64,000 nucleotides of DNA, taken from NCBI GenBank assembly GCA_029856045.1, contig JAHQWG010000025.1, positions 64,001 to 128,000 on the forward strand, given 5' to 3'. Source of the stretch: Promethearchaeia archaeon (GTDB lineage: Archaea; Asgardarchaeota; Lokiarchaeia; Sigyniarchaeales; SOKP01). Below the pieces are notes generated by a model that saw only the letters and a program-made list of their open reading frames with translations, searched no databases and was not told the origin of the DNA. Positions 59,893 through 64,000 of this stretch are shown piece by piece. Both the position numbers and the translations under genes were made by a program. Within the stretch, counting starts at the first letter, position 1; each line of letters begins with the position of its first letter.

Positions 59893-61488
59893 ATGTCTAC
59901 CTTTCTCATTGTATTCATCATTTCCTGCGGTTTATTAACGTTTTTCTTATTATTGACGTTTTTCTATTATCAACAAATACAAAAAATGCAACTAACTGAA
60001 GAACTTGAGAAAAAAGAAAAATCTTTAGAAACTATACTTGAGAGATATGCCCTTAAAGAAAAGAAAAATGTTATGATGGAAAAATTGGCTCAAATTTCTC
60101 AAATAATTGCTGAAACTGAAAGTGAAATTGCCATAAAAACATCTCAAAGAACAAAACTTGCTGAAGAGTCTTTTAAGGAAAAAAGTTCTGAAGTAGAAAT
60201 CATTCAGCAAGCAGATGTAAAATATCGGACTTTTTCTCAAGATTTATCGTCTGCAATGCCTATTTCTGAAGAAGAAAGGCAAAGGGACTTAACAGATTTG
60301 AAAAATGCAATCGAAATATTAGAAAGTTTGGATGAAACAAAATATTTAAAAGATCAAAAAACAGTTGATGTTGCAAAAGGTTTATTTTTTGATAAGATGT
60401 CTCAAAAAATTAATTCTATAATAAATGAATTAAATTTAAGAGATTATAAAGTAATACCTGACGAAAGATTGGTATTTCATTCTTTAAAAAGTATCCCACA
60501 ACTAAAGAATGAAGATTTTGAACCACTCTTAAATATAATGAAAGAAACGGGATTTTTTAATGATTTCATTGAAGTCAATCCAAAGTTGAGTTTAATTATT
60601 TTTCAAAAAGAAAAATTAATCTTTAATCAATCTGAAAAGGTTCTTCTCGCATTTGCATATGCAGAAGATTATTTAACTCCTCAAAAATTAATGGAACTTA
60701 CTGAATGGAATAATGCGTTTGCTATGAAGGTGATAAATTCATTAAAAGAAAAAGGACTTTTAACAATATTTGATGAGAACATAAAAATTGACGGTTTTGG
60801 AAATGTAGATGAGCGGAAAAAATGGAATGAATTCATAGAAGATCAAATTAAAGAAGAAAAAGAAGAATTTGAACGAAAAAGACACCGCCAAAAAGAGAGA
60901 GAAAATGAATTTAAAGAAAAAATACGTTTAAAACAACAAAAAATAAAAAAAATTGAAGACCAGAGATTAAAAGATATAGGTGATTTAAAGATTGCTATGG
61001 AAAAGCTGGAGGAAATAGCTTATTTCGATTCTAAACCGTCGTCGGAAGAAATCACTAGAGAACAAATTTCGGAAAAAATACTTGAATATTATGAGCAAAA
61101 TTTAATCTTAAATGGAGGATTAGTGCAATTTTCAAAAATTTTTGAACATATAAAAGAAGATTATCCGAAGATAAATGTTAAAAAGATTTTAGACGTACTA
61201 CATAAATTCCAAGAAATGCAAATGATTAAAGATTCTTTTATGTTAGGCAGAGCTAGGATATACCTGTTTCAAGAAATGGAATTTAATGATAAAGATAAAG
61301 AGTTTTTATTATTAAATATAAATAAAAAACCCATGACAAAAGAAGAATTTTTAAAAGCACTAAAATGGGATGAGGAGAATTTATTAAAAATTATGAAAAA
61401 ACTTCAGGGATATAATATTTTAAGAATTGAAGAAAATAAAATAATAATTCCTGGAATTAAACAAAAAAATATAACAGATGAAGAATAG
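59893..61488 (+). CDS. N-terminally membrane-anchored protein with two tandem EAP30 (Vps22/Vps36, ESCRT-II)-like winged-helix modules
   Basis: TM at aa 4-26, then coiled coil, then a duplicated unit. Module 2 has NGGL...LKW..E...K.L as in Vps22/SNF8. Confidence 0.7.
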   Translation: MSTFLIVFIISCGLLTFFLLLTFFYYQQIQKMQLTEELEKKEKSLETILERYALKEKKNVMMEKLAQISQIIAETESEIAIKTSQRTKLAEESFKEKSSEVEIIQQADVKYRTFSQDLSSAMPISEEERQRDLTDLKNAIEILESLDETKYLKDQKTVDVAKGLFFDKMSQKINSIINELNLRDYKVIPDERLVFHSLKSIPQLKNEDFEPLLNIMKETGFFNDFIEVNPKLSLIIFQKEKLIFNQSEKVLLAFAYAEDYLTPQKLMELTEWNNAFAMKVINSLKEKGLLTIFDENIKIDGFGNVDERKKWNEFIEDQIKEEKEEFERKRHRQKERENEFKEKIRLKQQKIKKIEDQRLKDIGDLKIAMEKLEEIAYFDSKPSSEEITREQISEKILEYYEQNLILNGGLVQFSKIFEHIKEDYPKINVKKILDVLHKFQEMQMIKDSFMLGRARIYLFQEMEFNDKDKEFLLLNINKKPMTKEEFLKALKWDEENLLKIMKKLQGYNILRIEENKIIIPGIKQKNITDEE

Positions 61489-61489
61489 T

Positions 61490-63226
61490 CTAAGAGAATT
61501 TTTCTTTCACAAATTCCATTACTTTAATTATTTCTTCCAAGTGTGTCTCTCTTTTCCCAAAAATATAAAACCTGACATCAGGACCTGTTCCCGAAGGTCT
61601 GAAATATAGAATAGAATCCTCACTTTTGAGTTGATAAGTATCAATCTTATTATTATTATCAGATAAACTTCTGATTTGATATTCTTTATTATCTAATTTT
61701 AAGGATTTTCCGTCATACTTCTCAAAATTTTTCATTATTTTGATTTTCTCCACATCAACAGCGGGAATTGTTCTGTTTATTCCCTTTATTGTCCAATCAA
61801 TTGCATCGGAAATTCTATATCCTCTGACTATCAACTCAGAAAGTATGATTAGAGCTGGAACGGGGTATTTATCTGCAATTATGGGAAAAGGTGTTTCAAA
61901 ATCATATTCTTCCGTGTTATTTTTTTTGGTAACTTTTAATATGTTGAATGTATGACCCCCACTTTCCTCCCACGCTGCAACTATTAAGTTCTCATCAATA
62001 ATTTCTTTATTCTTAACAATTTTGCTTATGGTGTCTTTGAGTGGGGTTGAATTATTAATTTTTACAAATTTATCATTATTTTCTACATATAATATTCCTG
62101 TATCAATTTTTGATTGATCTACTTCAACCCCAAACAAGAAATATAAAATAACACCTAAATGTTTATATCCTACACCTGTCAAAATATTTAGAATTGAAGT
62201 ATGGTCACCCCTATAATCGCTTGGAATTGTTCTTATGTTAATTATTTTGCATGAGAATTCCTTTGCAAGAATATTATGCATAGCAGTATAAAGCTCGTTT
62301 GGTATATAAAGATTATATCCATCATCCTCCTTTAAAAAGAATGCAAGTCGATCTCTATCAGCGTCTAATAATATCGCAATTTTTGAATCAACAGATTCCA
62401 TCGTTTGAATTAACTTTTCTCTTCTTAATTCCTTAATTGGATTAGGCGGGTTGATAGTTTCGTCTATTAAGGTAATGTTAGCTCCATATTCTTTATAAAG
62501 ATTCACAATACCCCTTGCCTTACCTAAATATGGCCATATAACAATTTTCGCATTTTTTAAGGCTTGAATTTCAATAATTTTAGAAATTAAATCTTTAATA
62601 TACTCATTATTTTTCTGTTCTGCACCAATTCTATTTTCTTTAAATTTTCTCTTAAATTTTATCTCATTTAAGGAAAGCGCTATGCTAGAAATTTGCTTCA
62701 TTAAATCGCCCGAAATAGGAATTGGATATTTCATATAAACTTTAAGTCCATTCCAATCTAATGGATTGTGGGATGCAGTAATCATTAAAGCTAGATTTAT
62801 ATCTTCATATAATGCAACTGATGCACTAGCATAAGGACTAGACATCAAGGAATTCCCATTACCATCTTTCTGAAAGAAAATTTCAAAACCATCTTGAGCA
62901 AATAATTGAGCACAGAGTTTTACTAAATAATTACTACTCGGACGACAATCGGAAACAATTAATATTTTCGGATTTTCTTCTATAAAATCTTCTTGAAATT
63001 TGATACTGATCGCTTTAGCAACGCGAAGATAGAGAAATAATTTTTGATTAGTTAAAAGATATGTTCCTGAAGGTTCTATTGAATCAAAAAGTTTAATTCT
63101 TAAACCTGAGGTTGGGGGAACAATGGGATCAACAATTTTTTGCTCCTCTTCATTCAAATCAGGTAATCTTATTAAATTGTAATCTTCAAATTCCTCGAAG
63201 TTTAATTTTTCAATTTTAAATTCCAT
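61490..63226 (-). CDS. Alpha-D-phosphohexomutase (PGM/PMM family)
   Basis: TSGLR, D.R, TASHNP..WNG.K, DADRDR, TGVGYK, EESGG, RPSGT. Confidence 0.88.
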   Translation of the reverse strand: MEFKIEKLNFEEFEDYNLIRLPDLNEEEQKIVDPIVPPTSGLRIKLFDSIEPSGTYLLTNQKLFLYLRVAKAISIKFQEDFIEENPKILIVSDCRPSSNYLVKLCAQLFAQDGFEIFFQKDGNGNSLMSSPYASASVALYEDINLALMITASHNPLDWNGLKVYMKYPIPISGDLMKQISSIALSLNEIKFKRKFKENRIGAEQKNNEYIKDLISKIIEIQALKNAKIVIWPYLGKARGIVNLYKEYGANITLIDETINPPNPIKELRREKLIQTMESVDSKIAILLDADRDRLAFFLKEDDGYNLYIPNELYTAMHNILAKEFSCKIINIRTIPSDYRGDHTSILNILTGVGYKHLGVILYFLFGVEVDQSKIDTGILYVENNDKFVKINNSTPLKDTISKIVKNKEIIDENLIVAAWEESGGHTFNILKVTKKNNTEEYDFETPFPIIADKYPVPALIILSELIVRGYRISDAIDWTIKGINRTIPAVDVEKIKIMKNFEKYDGKSLKLDNKEYQIRSLSDNNNKIDTYQLKSEDSILYFRPSGTGPDVRFYIFGKRETHLEEIIKVMEFVKEKFS

Positions 63227-63263
63227 ATTTACTACACAACCCTTTTATTAAAATTAGAAATTT

Positions 63264-63998
63264 TTATTTTATATGTTTTTTTTCTATTGTTTCGATTGCA
63301 TTTCTTAAAATTTCATGAATTTTTTCCCGATATACAAGATTGATTGCAACCATGCCAAAAGTTTTTATTTGCCTTTTATCAGTAGAGAGTAATTTCTCAC
63401 AAAATTCAGGAGTTAATCTGTTGTCTAAATCTTGCTTATTTGCTATCCCGATAACAAATTCATCTTCATAATATTTATCCAAAATGTCATGTATTATTTG
63501 TTTTGAACCCGATACATTCTCATAAGTGGAATCAGTTACTAATAAAGCAATTTCTGTACCTGAAAGTAAGCTTGTCCATAGACTCTGAAAATTTTTTTGG
63601 CCCGCAAAATCCCAGAAAACAACTTCTCTTTTACCTCCAAACCCATCAAAAGTTGTAATATCAGCAGTCATTGTAGGTACATATTCTAAATTAATATCTT
63701 TCCCACAAATTAAATGAAGAAGTGTTGTTTTCCCAACCCCTCCAAATCCAATGATTGAAATTTTTATCGCACCAAGAACAATTTTATCAAGTTCTTCGTT
63801 AAATTTCTTAAATATTGAACGATTGCCTGCCCATTTATTATCTTTAATAATATTTTCGAATTTTTCTATGAATTTTTCGGCAATATTATTTAATTTGTTG
63901 GTTATTTCTTTATCTTCATCTTCTTTATCTGCACAAACGACAAATATTATGTCTTTAATAGAGATATAGAAGTATTTATTATCTCCAGTCTCAGTAGA
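63264..63998 (-). CDS. Longin-like domain + Arf-like small GTPase, 5'-truncated by the window edge
   Basis: Frame is open to the window end and reads KYFYISIKDIIFVVCAD...KISIIGFGGVGKTT...VPT...WDFAGQ...NKQD. Confidence 0.88.
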   Translation of the reverse strand, partial: STETGDNKYFYISIKDIIFVVCADKEDEDKEITNKLNNIAEKFIEKFENIIKDNKWAGNRSIFKKFNEELDKIVLGAIKISIIGFGGVGKTTLLHLICGKDINLEYVPTMTADITTFDGFGGKREVVFWDFAGQKNFQSLWTSLLSGTEIALLVTDSTYENVSGSKQIIHDILDKYYEDEFVIGIANKQDLDNRLTPEFCEKLLSTDKRQIKTFGMVAINLVYREKIHEILRNAIETIEKKHIK

Positions 63999-64000
63999 TT

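Noticed and set aside
1646-63969. Many short ORFs antisense or out-of-frame within longer genes (e.g. 1646-2065, 19163-19642, 27198-27899, 31465-31884, 55386-55727, 63751-63969)
   Set aside because: They overlap well-supported genes, have shadow-ORF composition and show no motifs
1-64000. CRISPR arrays, tRNA/rRNA genes, IS elements, prophage genes
   Set aside because: No regularly spaced repeats, GC-rich structured RNA segments, transposase or integrase motifs were seen by eye. tRNAscan/Infernal were not run

Overview
AT-rich chromosomal window, most likely from an Asgard archaeon of the Lokiarchaeia type. The assignment rests on a tandem Roadblock protein, two longin-Arf-like GTPase fusions, EAP30-like winged-helix modules and GGTGA-type ribosome-binding sites. 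About 50 CDSs are present. They include core and lipid metabolism (geranylgeranyl reductase, MaoC pair, enoyl-CoA hydratase, three tandem 3-hydroxyacyl-CoA dehydrogenases, acyl-CoA dehydrogenase, SDR), a sugar-acid/amino-acid catabolic cluster (15.4-28.3 kb), a complete acetone-carboxylase-like acxABC operon, nadB, an ADH synthase, a RACo-type corrinoid activator and a short XPF nuclease. I saw no tRNA, rRNA, CRISPR array or transposase. Strongest leads: (1) a membrane-anchored protein with two tandem Vps22/Vps36 (EAP30, ESCRT-II)-like modules at 59893-61488; (2) two otherwise unrelated proteins sharing a C-terminal four-helix domain that resembles the Vps28 (ESCRT-I) CTD, each after a Pro-rich linker; (3) several genes whose conserved N-termini are best explained by ATA/ATT/ATC start codons at normal SD spacing; (4) a split epsilon-poly-lysine-synthetase-like terminal module with no A/T domains; (5) an orphan, degenerate group-4 hydrogenase large subunit. 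All family calls come from reading motifs by eye, and no searches were run.
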